64,000 bases of DNA, taken from an uncultured virus (IMG/VR IMGVR_UViG_3300020446_000005). Taxonomy: Duplodnaviria; Heunggongvirae; Uroviricota; Caudoviricetes. Below, in pieces: positions 8,176 through 17,826 of this stretch. Numbering within the stretch: position 1 is the stretch's first letter; each line of letters begins with the position of its first letter. The translations under genes and the position numbers were made by a program. The DNA lies in IMG/VR virus record IMGVR_UViG_3300020446_000005, one strand, 5' to 3'. The notes below the pieces were generated by a model. The model saw nothing but the letters and a program-made list of their open reading frames with translations. It did not search any database and was not told the origin of the DNA.

Positions 8176-8451
8176 TTATGATACATCAAAAGAACTGGTT
8201 TCGAAACCAGCTGCCAAATCTGGAGGAGCATTTGGTGGTAGAAAATGACTTCTTATTCCATTAAATAATTCAATAGTTTGATCTAAACTTAATTCTTGCT
8301 CACCATGAATAGTATCTATAAAAATAGGGTCTTCTCTTAAACCGTCTAAAGTTTTTAAAGCACCATCAATTTTTTTCAAAATAGCTGCATGATGTTTTTT
8401 TATGTCAGTTTTTTCTTTAAGTTTCATAATCATTACAGTATGGAAGTTCAT
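8176..8451 (-). CDS. Hypothetical protein
   Basis: 91 aa helical ORF. Confidence 0.65.
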   Translation of the reverse strand: MNFHTVMIMKLKEKTDIKKHHAAILKKIDGALKTLDGLREDPIFIDTIHGEQELSLDQTIELFNGIRSHFLPPNAPPDLAAGFETSSFDVS

Positions 8452-8501
8452 ACATTAGTGTAGCTATTTTATTAAAGCACCTATAAGTTTAATTTCAAAC
8501 T

Positions 8502-8888
8502 TTACATTCTTCTAAGTCCTTTATCTTCCATTTTCTTTCTATCTTCATTTCTCATGGGTCCATAAAGAGGTCGACGCTCTCTACGTCTTCTAGGTCGTCC
8601 TTCTTGTTGCCTTGGTGGTGGTGTACGACGAGTTGGTCTTTCTGATATTTCTGGTATCTCTTGTCTTGGTTTTTCTGTTTCTTTTACTGATTCAGTAAAG
8701 TCTTGGCCAAAGACATCTCTACTTTCTTCTCCACTTAAGCGTTCACGTCTTTTTTTATCTTTTGAAGGAGCAAAAAATTCTCTTCTTGCTTGGTCTTCTC
8801 TCATTCTTTCCCCTGCAATTCTACCTTTTCTTTTCGGACCCATTGGTGTATTTACTATATTCCTTGGTCTATTTCTAGTACTTCCCAT
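8502..8888 (-). CDS. Arg-rich disordered hypothetical protein
   Basis: GRIAGER motif; TAGAAT upstream. Confidence 0.7.
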   Translation of the reverse strand: MGSTRNRPRNIVNTPMGPKRKGRIAGERMREDQARREFFAPSKDKKRRERLSGEESRDVFGQDFTESVKETEKPRQEIPEISERPTRRTPPPRQQEGRPRRRRERRPLYGPMRNEDRKKMEDKGLRRM

Positions 8889-8916
8889 AATAAATGTAAC
8901 TTTTTCTGTATTCTAC

Positions 8917-9405
8917 TTATCCTCTATACATAGACTTTATAGGTAATGGCATTTTACTAACAGCATTTCCTATACCTTTAAAATTATCACCTAAAAGTAA
9001 TTCAGATGCCTTATCTCCTTTCGGTAGTGAGCTGTCATATATTTCTTTTTCTCTCATTAATTGTCCTGTCATAAATGATCTTCTTTCTTTTGCTCTTTTT
9101 AATAATCTTTCTTTTACAGAATCAAAATCAAATTTCTTTTCTCCCTCTATATTTTTTTTAATTTCTTGTTTTTCTTCCATATTTTTATTTTGAGTTTGGG
9201 CTTCTCTTGAAAAAGGTCTATCACTACTAATTGATGAACCCCCTGCAGCAGAACCTAAAGCACTAGCAGTTGCACCAGCAGCACCACCTAGAACCGCCTT
9301 TCCTAATCCTAAAGGACCTCCAGCAACTCTTTTGATGATATTTTTAAATACACCTGAACCACCGCTACCACCTAAACTTAGTGGTTTTCCTTTACTAGCA
9401 CCCAT
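8917..9405 (-). CDS. Gly/Ala-rich hypothetical protein (virion-internal-like)
   Basis: GGPLGLGKAVLGGAAGATASALG segment. Confidence 0.7.
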   Translation of the reverse strand: MGASKGKPLSLGGSGGSGVFKNIIKRVAGGPLGLGKAVLGGAAGATASALGSAAGGSSISSDRPFSREAQTQNKNMEEKQEIKKNIEGEKKFDFDSVKERLLKRAKERRSFMTGQLMREKEIYDSSLPKGDKASELLLGDNFKGIGNAVSKMPLPIKSMYRG

Positions 9406-9429
9406 TTTTATAGATAATTTTCTTCTATT

Positions 9430-9624
9430 TTAATCCTTCTCCTCTTCAACTTTAAATACAAGTAGCTCTTCACCAGGTTTTACATCCTTTAATTCTGGAT
9501 GAATGTTTCTTACTTGATTAAAATCATTCAATGTTAAGGTCATCATTCGCCATGTAAAGGCAAATGTAGCCCCAGAAATCCCTGCGAAAAACATTAAATA
9601 GATAAAAATAGTTATTTCGTTCAT
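9430..9624 (-). CDS. DUF2973-like cyanobacterial membrane protein
   Basis: TM helix then IHPELKD...GEELLVF. Confidence 0.7.
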   Translation of the reverse strand: MNEITIFIYLMFFAGISGATFAFTWRMMTLTLNDFNQVRNIHPELKDVKPGEELLVFKVEEEKD

Positions 9625-9664
9625 TTATAGGATTTAAAATATATAATAATATTCTAATGCAAGT

Positions 9665-10798
9665 GTGAACGAAGAAGAATTTTTTAGAAAATATATGAAT
9701 CCAGACGATGGTATTTATAGATCAGCTCGTCTTATGGGTAGAATGGCTGGTGAGAGAGATATTGTTGGTAATTATTTTAAACGTATTCGTAATGCTCAAG
9801 GTACAGGAAAAGATTTTTATTTACCAGAAAATACAAAAGAATATAAACCTATGAGAGATGAAGCCTTTACAAATATATACGGTAAAGGTTTTGTTGACAT
9901 GTATGACAGATATAAACCCATAGGAGAGGGTGCTTATGGAGCAGTTTTTGAAAAACCTGGAGACTCTCAAAGAGTCTTAAAAGTACAGAGACAAGACACA
10001 TTAGATCGACAGAAATTTGGAGATACTGAAATAGCTAGACAAACAGAAGCAGCAGAAATGGGAGTTGCTCCAAAAATTCATTCAGTTACTAATTTTCCTT
10101 ATAAGCATGAAGTGCCTATGGAAATACTTAGATCATTTGATAATAGATATGGAACAGTAGATCCAAGACATCAAGTTACTGAGATGGATAGAGTTAATAC
10201 AGTTGACTCTCAAGGTGGAAAAATAAAGATGTTGCAAGATTATGTGCAGAAATTACAAGGAGGCGAGAGAGGTTATACAACTTATGACAAATTTGAAGAG
10301 CCTTACCAAAGGGAGAATGCTAAATATAATTTAGCCATGTCAAAAGCTCAACTCCACTTAGCTGATAGGGGTATAGTTCATACTGATTTAGGACAATATC
10401 CTTACGGAGATGCAAGAGAAGACCATGTTGCATACAATCCAAATACAAATAAGATGCAATTTATAGATTATGGACACACAGAAAAATATAATCACGCAGA
10501 AAATTTACATCAACATACTAAAAATTTAAATCTAAGAAATGAAGAGTTAAAAGATTATACATATGGAGCTAATGTAGAGCATTTTCTAGACCATAAAGTA
10601 GCAAATATTGTTAGAGGAATGGAAGCTACTGGTAGTAAGAGTGATGCAAAAGAATTTAGAAAAATATACAATGATGCAGTTGATAAAGATTTACTTGCAG
10701 CTAATCAATTAGTTAATGAAGGTAGAGAAATAATCAGAAATAAATCATTTAAAGATGTGGTGCCTTTTTTAAATAGAGAAGAATTAGATCTTATGTAA
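9665..10798 (+). CDS. Ser/Thr protein kinase-like protein
   Basis: IGEGAYGAV Gly loop, VLKV Lys, helix-C Glu, IVHTDL catalytic loop, FIDYG. Confidence 0.85.
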   Translation: MNEEEFFRKYMNPDDGIYRSARLMGRMAGERDIVGNYFKRIRNAQGTGKDFYLPENTKEYKPMRDEAFTNIYGKGFVDMYDRYKPIGEGAYGAVFEKPGDSQRVLKVQRQDTLDRQKFGDTEIARQTEAAEMGVAPKIHSVTNFPYKHEVPMEILRSFDNRYGTVDPRHQVTEMDRVNTVDSQGGKIKMLQDYVQKLQGGERGYTTYDKFEEPYQRENAKYNLAMSKAQLHLADRGIVHTDLGQYPYGDAREDHVAYNPNTNKMQFIDYGHTEKYNHAENLHQHTKNLNLRNEELKDYTYGANVEHFLDHKVANIVRGMEATGSKSDAKEFRKIYNDAVDKDLLAANQLVNEGREIIRNKSFKDVVPFLNREELDLM

Positions 10799-10852
10799 AT
10801 AAAACAAACCCTCCCCTTAAAACGAAAGCAAATCGACTAAAACGAAAGTATA

Positions 10853-10933
10853 TTAATGTGGATCATACATTTTCATAAGAATATAAACTCCTGTTACACC
10901 AAGAGTTAAAAGTAAACCAATAAAATAAATCAT
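10853..10933 (-). CDS. 26 aa single-TM peptide
   Basis: MIYFIGLLLTLGVTGVYILMKMYDPH. Confidence 0.45.
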   Translation of the reverse strand: MIYFIGLLLTLGVTGVYILMKMYDPH

Positions 10934-10939
10934 AAATAA

Positions 10940-11182
10940 TTAAATTTTTTTTATTATAGGGACTCTTTTTTTTAATAGACCCCCTCTTAAAAATTCTCTT
11001 TCAGAAATATCATCTACAGTTTTTTCTGGTTCTTGAATTGTATTCCATTTATGATTACATTCTTCACAACATCTTCTCCTAAGAGTGCGATGATCATCTT
11101 CATTTACCCTAGTAAATAATATTCTCTGAAAAGTATATACCTCACACTTTGGACAGATGACGTAGGAAATTCTTTTTCTCAT
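10940..11182 (-). CDS. NrdR-like N-terminal zinc-ribbon protein
   Basis: CPKC...RRRCCEECNHKWNT; ATGA overlap supports start 11182; no ATP cone. Confidence 0.75.
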   Translation of the reverse strand: MRKRISYVICPKCEVYTFQRILFTRVNEDDHRTLRRRCCEECNHKWNTIQEPEKTVDDISEREFLRGGLLKKRVPIIKKI

Positions 11183-11433
11183 GGAGATTCTAATTCTATT
11201 CTGTGTTGTGAAATTAATGATGGCCTGGATTGATGATCCCAAAGCACTTGATAATGCGGAACTTTAGCTCCACAACTATTTTCTTTTGCTACAACTTCTT
11301 TTATAATTCCTTTTCTAATTTTTGTTGGTACGGCTTTTCCATTAAGCATTACATAACGATTAGAAGTTTTTAAAACGTATCTAATTCTGACACGATCATT
11401 AACTTTATATTTTGGTTGATAGTTGGAAGCCAT
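11179..11433 (-). CDS. SH3/KOW-like hypothetical protein
   Basis: KYKVNDRV...GIIKEV...YQVLWD. Confidence 0.65.
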   Translation of the reverse strand: MASNYQPKYKVNDRVRIRYVLKTSNRYVMLNGKAVPTKIRKGIIKEVVAKENSCGAKVPHYQVLWDHQSRPSLISQHRIELESP

Positions 11434-11451
11434 AATTTTTAAATAATTTGG

Positions 11452-11466
11452 GGACTTACAAGGTCA
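11452..11466 (-). repeat. Intergenic TGACCT-loop-AGTC motif, copy A (others 14635-14649, 17856-17885)
   Basis: TGACCTTGTAAGTCC; 14/15 identical to copy B. Confidence 0.65.
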
Positions 11467-11656
11467 TATACTTAGTAATAGCCATGAAAGGTTAAACACA
11501 AAACCTCGGTGCTACCATTACTCCTCGATGGGAACCTATTATCGTAGTGAAAGATTGAATCTAATCTACCGCATAGTCCGAGCAGTAGCAACAATTCACT
11601 AAGGCAGTATATAGGAATGCAGTCTAATCTATTTTCTGCACCCTCCGCCCCATTTA

Positions 11657-11848
11657 TTACCACTTATCTTCGTGAGTGTGAATTTTACCTTCAACATGGT
11701 TGTGATCTATTTGATCTATGTGTGCATGATCAATATTAATGTGAACGTCACTTTCTAAAACTTTTGCAATTCTTTCAAGTGCGTTAGCTATTCTTTCAGC
11801 ATTATGAGCCAAAGAAGTTTGTGTTCTAAATTCTTGTACAGAGGTCAT
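11657..11848 (-). CDS. His-rich hypothetical protein
   Basis: ERIANALERIA coil and HIDQIDHNH tail. Confidence 0.65.
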   Translation of the reverse strand: MTSVQEFRTQTSLAHNAERIANALERIAKVLESDVHINIDHAHIDQIDHNHVEGKIHTHEDKW

Positions 11849-11850
11849 AA

Positions 11851-12321
11851 TTAAAATGGTAAATCAGAATTGGAATTGTCTAAAGCATCTAAATCACTAT
11901 GTCGATGCGTTTTACTTTTAACATCAGAAAAATTTTTAAAAACATTTAAATCTGAAGCCTCAACTTCACTATCCCAACAGCCAACTTGATCAAGTGTAGT
12001 TACAGAAGTAATTAATTTAATCAAACTTTTTGTTGATCCAGACTGTACATTCAGATTACCTGCTTCTTTAGCATCTAACCTATCTTGTAAAACATTGTTA
12101 TAAGCTTGGGCAAACATAAATGCACGATCTTTTGGATTAATATCATCAATCATTATCTGTTTACCTTTTTCAACATATTTTCTAGCTGCTTGTTTACTGC
12201 ACATAAATTCATCTGCCATCATCTTTACTACCTCACAAGGTTGTATACCTTCAGCTAATAAATCAGCAGCTTTCTCATTACGTCTTTGTGTTTCTTTTTC
12301 AGTTGATCTAGTGTTAGTCAT
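11851..12321 (-). CDS. HTH-like helical protein
   Basis: AADLLAEG...MADEFMCSKQAARKYV. Confidence 0.6.
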   Translation of the reverse strand: MTNTRSTEKETQRRNEKAADLLAEGIQPCEVVKMMADEFMCSKQAARKYVEKGKQIMIDDINPKDRAFMFAQAYNNVLQDRLDAKEAGNLNVQSGSTKSLIKLITSVTTLDQVGCWDSEVEASDLNVFKNFSDVKSKTHRHSDLDALDNSNSDLPF

Positions 12322-12599
12322 GATACCTCTTGGTGTTGTGTGGGCATTGGGCAGAATCCATCTTCGCATTTATCAAAGATATCTTTTGGTTCTGCATTTT
12401 CTAATTTAGTTAAAGCTTCTTCAGTAGAAATAACTTCAACTCTAATAATCTTTACTTCATCTCCATGTTTTGGAAATAAAGTTGTTAAAGCTAATCTAGC
12501 TCCATAAGAAGCAGCTTCAGTATTTTGATAGACTCCTTGTATCTCCTCTAATTTATTAGAAGAAGAGATTACTATATAAGAGTATTCTTTTTTAGTCAT
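12318..12599 (-). CDS. Hypothetical protein
   Basis: Coupled ORF ending CEDGFCPMP. Confidence 0.7.
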   Translation of the reverse strand: MTKKEYSYIVISSSNKLEEIQGVYQNTEAASYGARLALTTLFPKHGDEVKIIRVEVISTEEALTKLENAEPKDIFDKCEDGFCPMPTQHQEVS

Positions 12600-12789
12600 G
12601 AGGTCTATCAGGGGTATAAGTCCAATGAGTAAATTTTAAATTTTTTAAGAAAATTTCAGCATTTCCTTGTTCGATTACTGACCATCCCATATCTTTACGG
12701 AAGACCATAACTTTTCCATTAGGGTCGGCATCTGTGGTGTCTGGTAAACTATTTTCATTTAAAATAAATACATTTTCTGGGAGTTTCAT
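12592..12789 (-). CDS. Hypothetical protein (DUF551-like pattern)
   Basis: LP...GKVMVF...FTHW. Confidence 0.65.
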   Translation of the reverse strand: MKLPENVFILNENSLPDTTDADPNGKVMVFRKDMGWSVIEQGNAEIFLKNLKFTHWTYTPDRPHD

Positions 12790-13376
12790 TTTCCAGGTGG
12801 TGTGTAATTTTTAGCAAAAGTAAGGTGATCATCAATATATTTATTTATATTGACAAAATTAACTTGTAATTCCATTCTTTGAACTATTGCTTCCTCAAAA
12901 TCTTTTTGATTATGATAATCTCTTGGAGTTAGTGCAGTAGCTGAGATAAGTTTCTTAGCTTCTAACAATAGTTTTCTAGCTTGCCATAAGTTAGATTTGT
13001 AATCATTTACATCTCTTGGTGCGGTAGCTTCAAAGCTTGGTGGTGGATTCATAATAACTTCTTTGGTGGTGGAGGTCAGGATGTCATACTCTTTAATAAG
13101 TTGATCTGATTCCTCATCAGTAAAGTTAAATATTTGAGTTAGATGAAAGACTGCATCTTCATATGTCCATTTGATTAAATCGCTGAAAACATGATTAATG
13201 ATTTTCTTTGCATCTTTGTCAGGCATCTTCTCCGATAATAATCTTCTGAGTAGTTTCTCGTCTGATTTGTCGCTTTCTGTTTGCCTGTAACTCATCAACT
13301 TCTTCTGGAGTAAACTCATACTCATTCTGAAGCCAATCGTCAAATTTGCAAGTCCATTGTTGTTTTGTGTTAACAC
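12786..13376 (-). CDS. Hypothetical protein (start uncertain)
   Basis: Long helical ORF. Confidence 0.65.
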   Translation of the reverse strand: MLTQNNNGLANLTIGFRMSMSLLQKKLMSYRQTESDKSDEKLLRRLLSEKMPDKDAKKIINHVFSDLIKWTYEDAVFHLTQIFNFTDEESDQLIKEYDILTSTTKEVIMNPPPSFEATAPRDVNDYKSNLWQARKLLLEAKKLISATALTPRDYHNQKDFEEAIVQRMELQVNFVNINKYIDDHLTFAKNYTPPGK

Positions 13377-13663
13377 TCATTTCTTTCTTCTCATTTTTCT
13401 TTTACGTTTTTTAATTGCTTTTAAATCTAAAAGATTAGCCATTAGATAAAAGTAATAAAGAATAGATGCTCCGCAAGCTATGCCTATTATTAAATGCATT
13501 ACGAGTTGTCCTCCTTTTTAGTTAACTTGTGCATGATGAGATAAGCCTGAGATACTTCTTCTTTAACTGCATCCCAATCTCCTTTCATAAGTTCTTCTAA
13601 ATGCTCTTGCATAAGGCCATACAAAACCATACGCTCATCATTATCTAAGTATGTAGCAGCCAT

Positions 13664-13873
13664 TTACTTACCCTCCATCTTTAATCCATCAATCTTATCT
13701 GTATATGGATTTTCTTCAGTAATTTTTAAAATCCTATACATAGCGTGTTGAGTATACGCATCAGGTAAACTTGCAAGATGATTTACTAAACGAACTACTG
13801 TGATTTGATGTTCTGGACTTAGATCATTAATCCTACAGTTAAGAGAAATCGTATGTTCTTTTGTTAAACTCAT
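13664..13873 (-). CDS. Hypothetical protein
   Basis: ATG 13873 follows the repeated leader CACTTTATTTACACAAAACAA. Confidence 0.65.
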   Translation of the reverse strand: MSLTKEHTISLNCRINDLSPEHQITVVRLVNHLASLPDAYTQHAMYRILKITEENPYTDKIDGLKMEGK

Positions 13874-13947
13874 TTGTTTTGTGTAAATAAAGTGAATAAT
13901 AGAAAGGGATCTGAAAAACTTCAAACCCCCTGGAATGACTAGACTTT

Positions 13948-14133
13948 CTAGTTTATAACCTCATACAAGGTATTAAATACATCAGCTAAAGTAATTTCAT
14001 CTTTATGATTTACTAGAACTGGATCAACATCTCCAGCTTCAGCTTTACCTTGTTTGTACATATAAAATTTATTGTCTTTAGTGATCATAACGTGATAGTA
14101 ATGTTTAATTTCCATTGTGTTATGCCCCCTCAA
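13948..14133 (-). CDS. Hypothetical protein
   Basis: 61 aa ORF. Confidence 0.55.
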   Translation of the reverse strand: MRGHNTMEIKHYYHVMITKDNKFYMYKQGKAEAGDVDPVLVNHKDEITLADVFNTLYEVIN

Positions 14134-14597
14134 GCTTTAAAGCTTACTGTAAATGTTTGCTTAATAAGATCAGCTTTGTTGTGTCTTACTTCTTTTGCTT
14201 CCTCATCTTTCAAGTCAGCCATCTGTGCTTCAAGTTTTAATCTCTTAGCTGTAAGTTTGTCAGAGTATTTGTAGACTCTTCTCTTACTTAGATAAACGTG
14301 AACTCTTTCGTTCTCGCTGTGTCTGATCTTAGGATTATCCTCATTATCATCTAAGGCAGCCTTTAGGTCATTCATAAATGATTTACGAAGATCATCGTAT
14401 TCAGACTTCTTATCTTTAATAGCTAGAGATAACTCAAGCATTTGCATTAACCTGTTATCTTGGTCAGCAACAGGATCAAACTTCTTAGTTTGTGGAGCAT
14501 CTCCAGTAACTACAGGTTTACCTTTTGTAATACCTGATAGTCTTGAGATTGCTTCTTTTTGACTAGTGTTGTTTGATGTTGTTTGACTTTGTGTCAT
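14130..14597 (-). CDS. Coiled-coil hypothetical protein
   Basis: Helical ORF; start taken at MTQSQ. Confidence 0.7.
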   Translation of the reverse strand: MTQSQTTSNNTSQKEAISRLSGITKGKPVVTGDAPQTKKFDPVADQDNRLMQMLELSLAIKDKKSEYDDLRKSFMNDLKAALDDNEDNPKIRHSENERVHVYLSKRRVYKYSDKLTAKRLKLEAQMADLKDEEAKEVRHNKADLIKQTFTVSFKA

Positions 14598-14654
14598 TGG
14601 TTTAGTAGTAATGGTGTACATTAGATGAGTTTTAGGACTTCCAAGGTCACATAA

Positions 14655-15392
14655 TCAAATGCCAGTTAAGGCTAGTGTTCTTTTAGATCCTTCTGTCTGT
14701 TTGTTTAGACCCACAGATTCTGCTTTTTGTTTACCGTCCGCATATCCTACTCCAGAATGTCTGGTCTTGCCACCCTTTCTTCTAAAAGGATATGTATCAT
14801 TTAAGTATGCTTGGGTTGCCTTTTGTTCTATTGCATTTCTATTTAAAATTACAAGTGCAGGCTGATTAAATTCTGGCTTACCTTTACGTTTTTGTTCATT
14901 TTTCATAGCTATTAAACGGTTGCATATCTGATTTGCAAATCCTTTACGAAAGTTTGCTTTATAAGTAGAACTTTTAGTTCCCCATGAACCAGACTTCTTT
15001 GCCTCTGTAGCAAGCTTATCCATAGTCTCAATAAGATACTCTAGATACAATTCAATCTGGATTCTGTTAGCTTTAGAAGCTATTACATTTACTATTCTTT
15101 TACCTTGTTGGTTCTTGCAATTAGTGATGATACAAGTTCCGTTGTAGTACTTAGAAACTCCATTAATTAAATGATTAATAGCTACGTCCGCTTTGTAGTA
15201 AGACTTTCCGAAGGGAAACTCAATAACCTCATCACGTTCTGGATCATAAGTCTCACATTCTGTGGATGAAACTCCATACTTTCTGCATAATTTTTCTACA
15301 AACTGTGCAGCATTGGAAGCTTCCCCTGCATTTGCAGATGTTTGCAATCGTAATAACTTTGCAATCTTTTCTCTGGCTTGATTTAGATTCAT
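14655..15392 (-). CDS. DUF2786-domain protein
   Basis: EKIAKLLRL...NAGEASNAAQFVEKLCRKYG; FRKGF; GYADG. Confidence 0.8.
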   Translation of the reverse strand: MNLNQAREKIAKLLRLQTSANAGEASNAAQFVEKLCRKYGVSSTECETYDPERDEVIEFPFGKSYYKADVAINHLINGVSKYYNGTCIITNCKNQQGKRIVNVIASKANRIQIELYLEYLIETMDKLATEAKKSGSWGTKSSTYKANFRKGFANQICNRLIAMKNEQKRKGKPEFNQPALVILNRNAIEQKATQAYLNDTYPFRRKGGKTRHSGVGYADGKQKAESVGLNKQTEGSKRTLALTGI

Positions 15393-15652
15393 AATTCAAC
15401 TCCTTTGTTTTTGAAATAATTTAAAATTAATTCAGCAGCAAATACTGCTGATTTGTCATCAGATGTAGCCCTGATAGCTTCAAGTCTTCTAAGATCATTC
15501 TTTGATCTTTGGAAGTGAGGTATCAATACAGGTTCAACTTTATCCAAGAAAGAAAAGAATAAAGCTTGTGCATCCTCTTCATCACCTCTATCTAAACAAT
15601 CAAAAGCTTCTCTTAATTGAACTGCAAGAAAATTTATATTTAATTTGTCCAT
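15389..15652 (-). CDS. Hypothetical protein
   Basis: 87 aa ORF. Confidence 0.65.
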   Translation of the reverse strand: MDKLNINFLAVQLREAFDCLDRGDEEDAQALFFSFLDKVEPVLIPHFQRSKNDLRRLEAIRATSDDKSAVFAAELILNYFKNKGVEL

Positions 15653-15690
15653 TGGTTAATTAATTAATAGTGGTGGTGGGGAAAGCAAGG

Positions 15691-15706
15691 TGTATCTTTT
15701 GATACC
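15691..15706. promoter_or_regulatory. NtcA-like box GTA-N8-TAC
   Basis: TGTATCTTTTGATACC, intergenic. Confidence 0.55.
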
Positions 15707-15942
15707 CAGGATTGAGGGTACAAACATACCTAAGACTTTTTTCAAAGGTGTTGTAGCCCCTTGTGGAGTTAGAAATTTTCATGATTTAGCTGATTTTTCT
15801 AATTTTTCACTAATTGATCTAAAGATGGCCTGATCCGTTTCATACATTTCTTCCACGTTTAGACTGTAGTAAAGATCAAATCTGTGATTAGAAAGCCATT
15901 GCATTTCTGTTTTGTTCAATGGGTAAAAGTTTTCTTCTTGTT

Positions 15943-16170
15943 TCATGGTTTCTTCCTCACATTAGTTCTAGGAGCATGATCAATCCAATACTTTTCATGC
16001 TCTTCTTTTGTCTCAACATTTGATATCTCCCATTCTTCATCCCATTCCATAGTAATTTTAAAACCATTGACATTGGCATGAAGTTTTTCTCTTGCTTCAT
16101 CTTCTGAGTTAGCTTCTACTTCTGCAACAAAGTAAGCATATTCTCGGCAAGTAATACTGTAAGTAGTCAT
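15943..16170 (-). CDS. Hypothetical protein (DpnD/PcfM-like pattern)
   Basis: VEANSEDEAREK. Confidence 0.7.
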   Translation of the reverse strand: MTTYSITCREYAYFVAEVEANSEDEAREKLHANVNGFKITMEWDEEWEISNVETKEEHEKYWIDHAPRTNVRKKP

Positions 16171-16172
16171 GA

Positions 16173-16496
16173 TTAACCCTCCATACCGTTGGCATAATAA
16201 CCTTCAAACTCACACCAATATGTTCTTCTCTTATTGCCTGTGTAGTAGAACTCACAGCCACCTCCTGTGTAAAAGATAACTGCTGCTTCTATTACATCCT
16301 TATGCTTATCTAAAATCCTTTCAGATAGTTTTACTCTGTTACCTTCTTTCCAATGGCTTTTGTTGGCTACTAAATCAAAAGCTATGTGTAATTCTTTTTG
16401 AGTGTAACCACGATAAACCTTCTTTACATCATCAAGACCTTTAAGTTCATCTTCTTGCCTTGCTTTTTCTTCTACGTTTTTGTTGAGTGCAATCAT
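16173..16496 (-). CDS. Hypothetical protein
   Basis: HWK...AAVIFYTG...GYY. Confidence 0.7.
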   Translation of the reverse strand: MIALNKNVEEKARQEDELKGLDDVKKVYRGYTQKELHIAFDLVANKSHWKEGNRVKLSERILDKHKDVIEAAVIFYTGGGCEFYYTGNKRRTYWCEFEGYYANGMEG

Positions 16497-16623
16497 TAGT
16501 TTTGCTCCGTTTGTTTTACTAAAGTTTTAATTTTTTTAAGGGCATCATCATAAGAAAATCCCTCGTATTCATATTCATCCCCATAAAGAGTTTTAAATAC
16601 TTCATGTATAAAAGATTCCCCCA

Positions 16624-17103
16624 TTAGTTGTACTTATCCCCTACTTTGTTTTCTACATAGGTAGTTGTCCAAGAGCCAACCATATCATCAAAGAAACCTA
16701 ACTTCTGTTGGATTTCTCTAGCGTCATGCCATGTCTTAGGTTGTTTCTTAGCTAACTTATCCCATAAATTATATTTTTTAATTAATTCTTGTTTTTCTTT
16801 GTAGGATTCTTCAAGTGTTTTATGGCCTAATTGAACGTAAGTATCAATCCATTCAACTTCATCCTTTCTTAGAAAGTCTTTTTGAGTATCTAAAATCCAA
16901 TGATGAATAAATAAGTAATGCTCAGTATTATTCCAATCGATTCTTGCATCACCTCCGCATCCCTCTTGGTCTACAGCAGCGTAACAAGTCCTTCCAACTC
17001 TTAACTCACAGTTATATGAGATCCATCCATCCCTAGATTTTCTATGAGATAATTTTGAGACTGTAATAGTCTTTGGTTTCTTTGTAATTGTTTTAGTAGT
17101 CAT
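16624..17103 (-). CDS. Hypothetical protein
   Basis: 159 aa ORF with QEGCGG motif. Confidence 0.7.
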   Translation of the reverse strand: MTTKTITKKPKTITVSKLSHRKSRDGWISYNCELRVGRTCYAAVDQEGCGGDARIDWNNTEHYLFIHHWILDTQKDFLRKDEVEWIDTYVQLGHKTLEESYKEKQELIKKYNLWDKLAKKQPKTWHDAREIQQKLGFFDDMVGSWTTTYVENKVGDKYN

Positions 17104-17354
17104 TAGTTTTTAACCTCCGTAAATGTCATTAGTTGTGGTGGACGATTAGTTTCTGAAGAAACTTTAAAAGATTCGTCTTTAGTTAACATTTCTCTGTCAA
17201 CTAACATTTGTGTATAAGAAATAATTTCTTTGTTAATAGTTTCGCCAAGAAAAGTTATAACTCTTAGACGATGTAAATCAAGTAACTTTTTGGTAGGAGT
17301 CATGATTGGATAATAATCAATGACCATAGAATCATTTTTAGATGTAATCTGCAT
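17103..17354 (-). CDS. Hypothetical protein
   Basis: TAATG-coupled ORF. Confidence 0.65.
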   Translation of the reverse strand: MQITSKNDSMVIDYYPIMTPTKKLLDLHRLRVITFLGETINKEIISYTQMLVDREMLTKDESFKVSSETNRPPQLMTFTEVKN

Positions 17355-17569
17355 TAGTTCTGCTCCTCCTCTAGCCATGTAGTATCAAGAATGTGCCATA
17401 GTCTTATGTAATTTTTTAACCAAGAGACTTGATTTTTAGTTAATTGATAATTACTACATAAGAGATCATCTGCTGATAAATAACCTCTATGTGGAGCAGA
17501 TTTAGGATGTTTAGGCATATCATTCTTGAGACAGTAATCAAAATAAATTTCTTTTAAAAAGTCGTGCAT
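17354..17569 (-). CDS. Hypothetical protein
   Basis: TAATG-coupled ORF with SADDLL...LTKNQVSWL. Confidence 0.65.
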   Translation of the reverse strand: MHDFLKEIYFDYCLKNDMPKHPKSAPHRGYLSADDLLCSNYQLTKNQVSWLKNYIRLWHILDTTWLEEEQN

Positions 17570-17826
17570 TAGTTCTTTACCTCGATCATTCCAAAAGGTA
17601 CATTCCAATCTCTATTATCTATAATTACTATTGCTCTAGTTTTGTTTACTTTCTTAATCACTCCGCTTTCCTTCTTGTTTTTTTGAACTACATAGACCTC
17701 TTGATCTACATATAAAGAGCTTTTAATTTTTGATTCGATAATGTCAGAGATTGAATCTTTAAGTTTGTGTAATTGATTTACTGGTAAAGACCATACTTGC
17801 TCTGAAATTGTGCTGTAGTTTGACAT
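17569..17826 (-). CDS. SH3/KOW-like hypothetical protein
   Basis: GVIKKVNKTRAIV...WNVPFGMI. Confidence 0.7.
   Translation of the reverse strand: MSNYSTISEQVWSLPVNQLHKLKDSISDIIESKIKSSLYVDQEVYVVQKNKKESGVIKKVNKTRAIVIIDNRDWNVPFGMIEVKN

Noticed and set aside
10818..10848. TAAAACGAAAG direct repeat between convergent genes
   Set aside because: Only two copies of 11 bp with no further support
11472..11663. 63 aa ORF as a protein-coding gene
   Set aside because: Atypical composition and strong RNA stems; treated as candidate ncRNA instead
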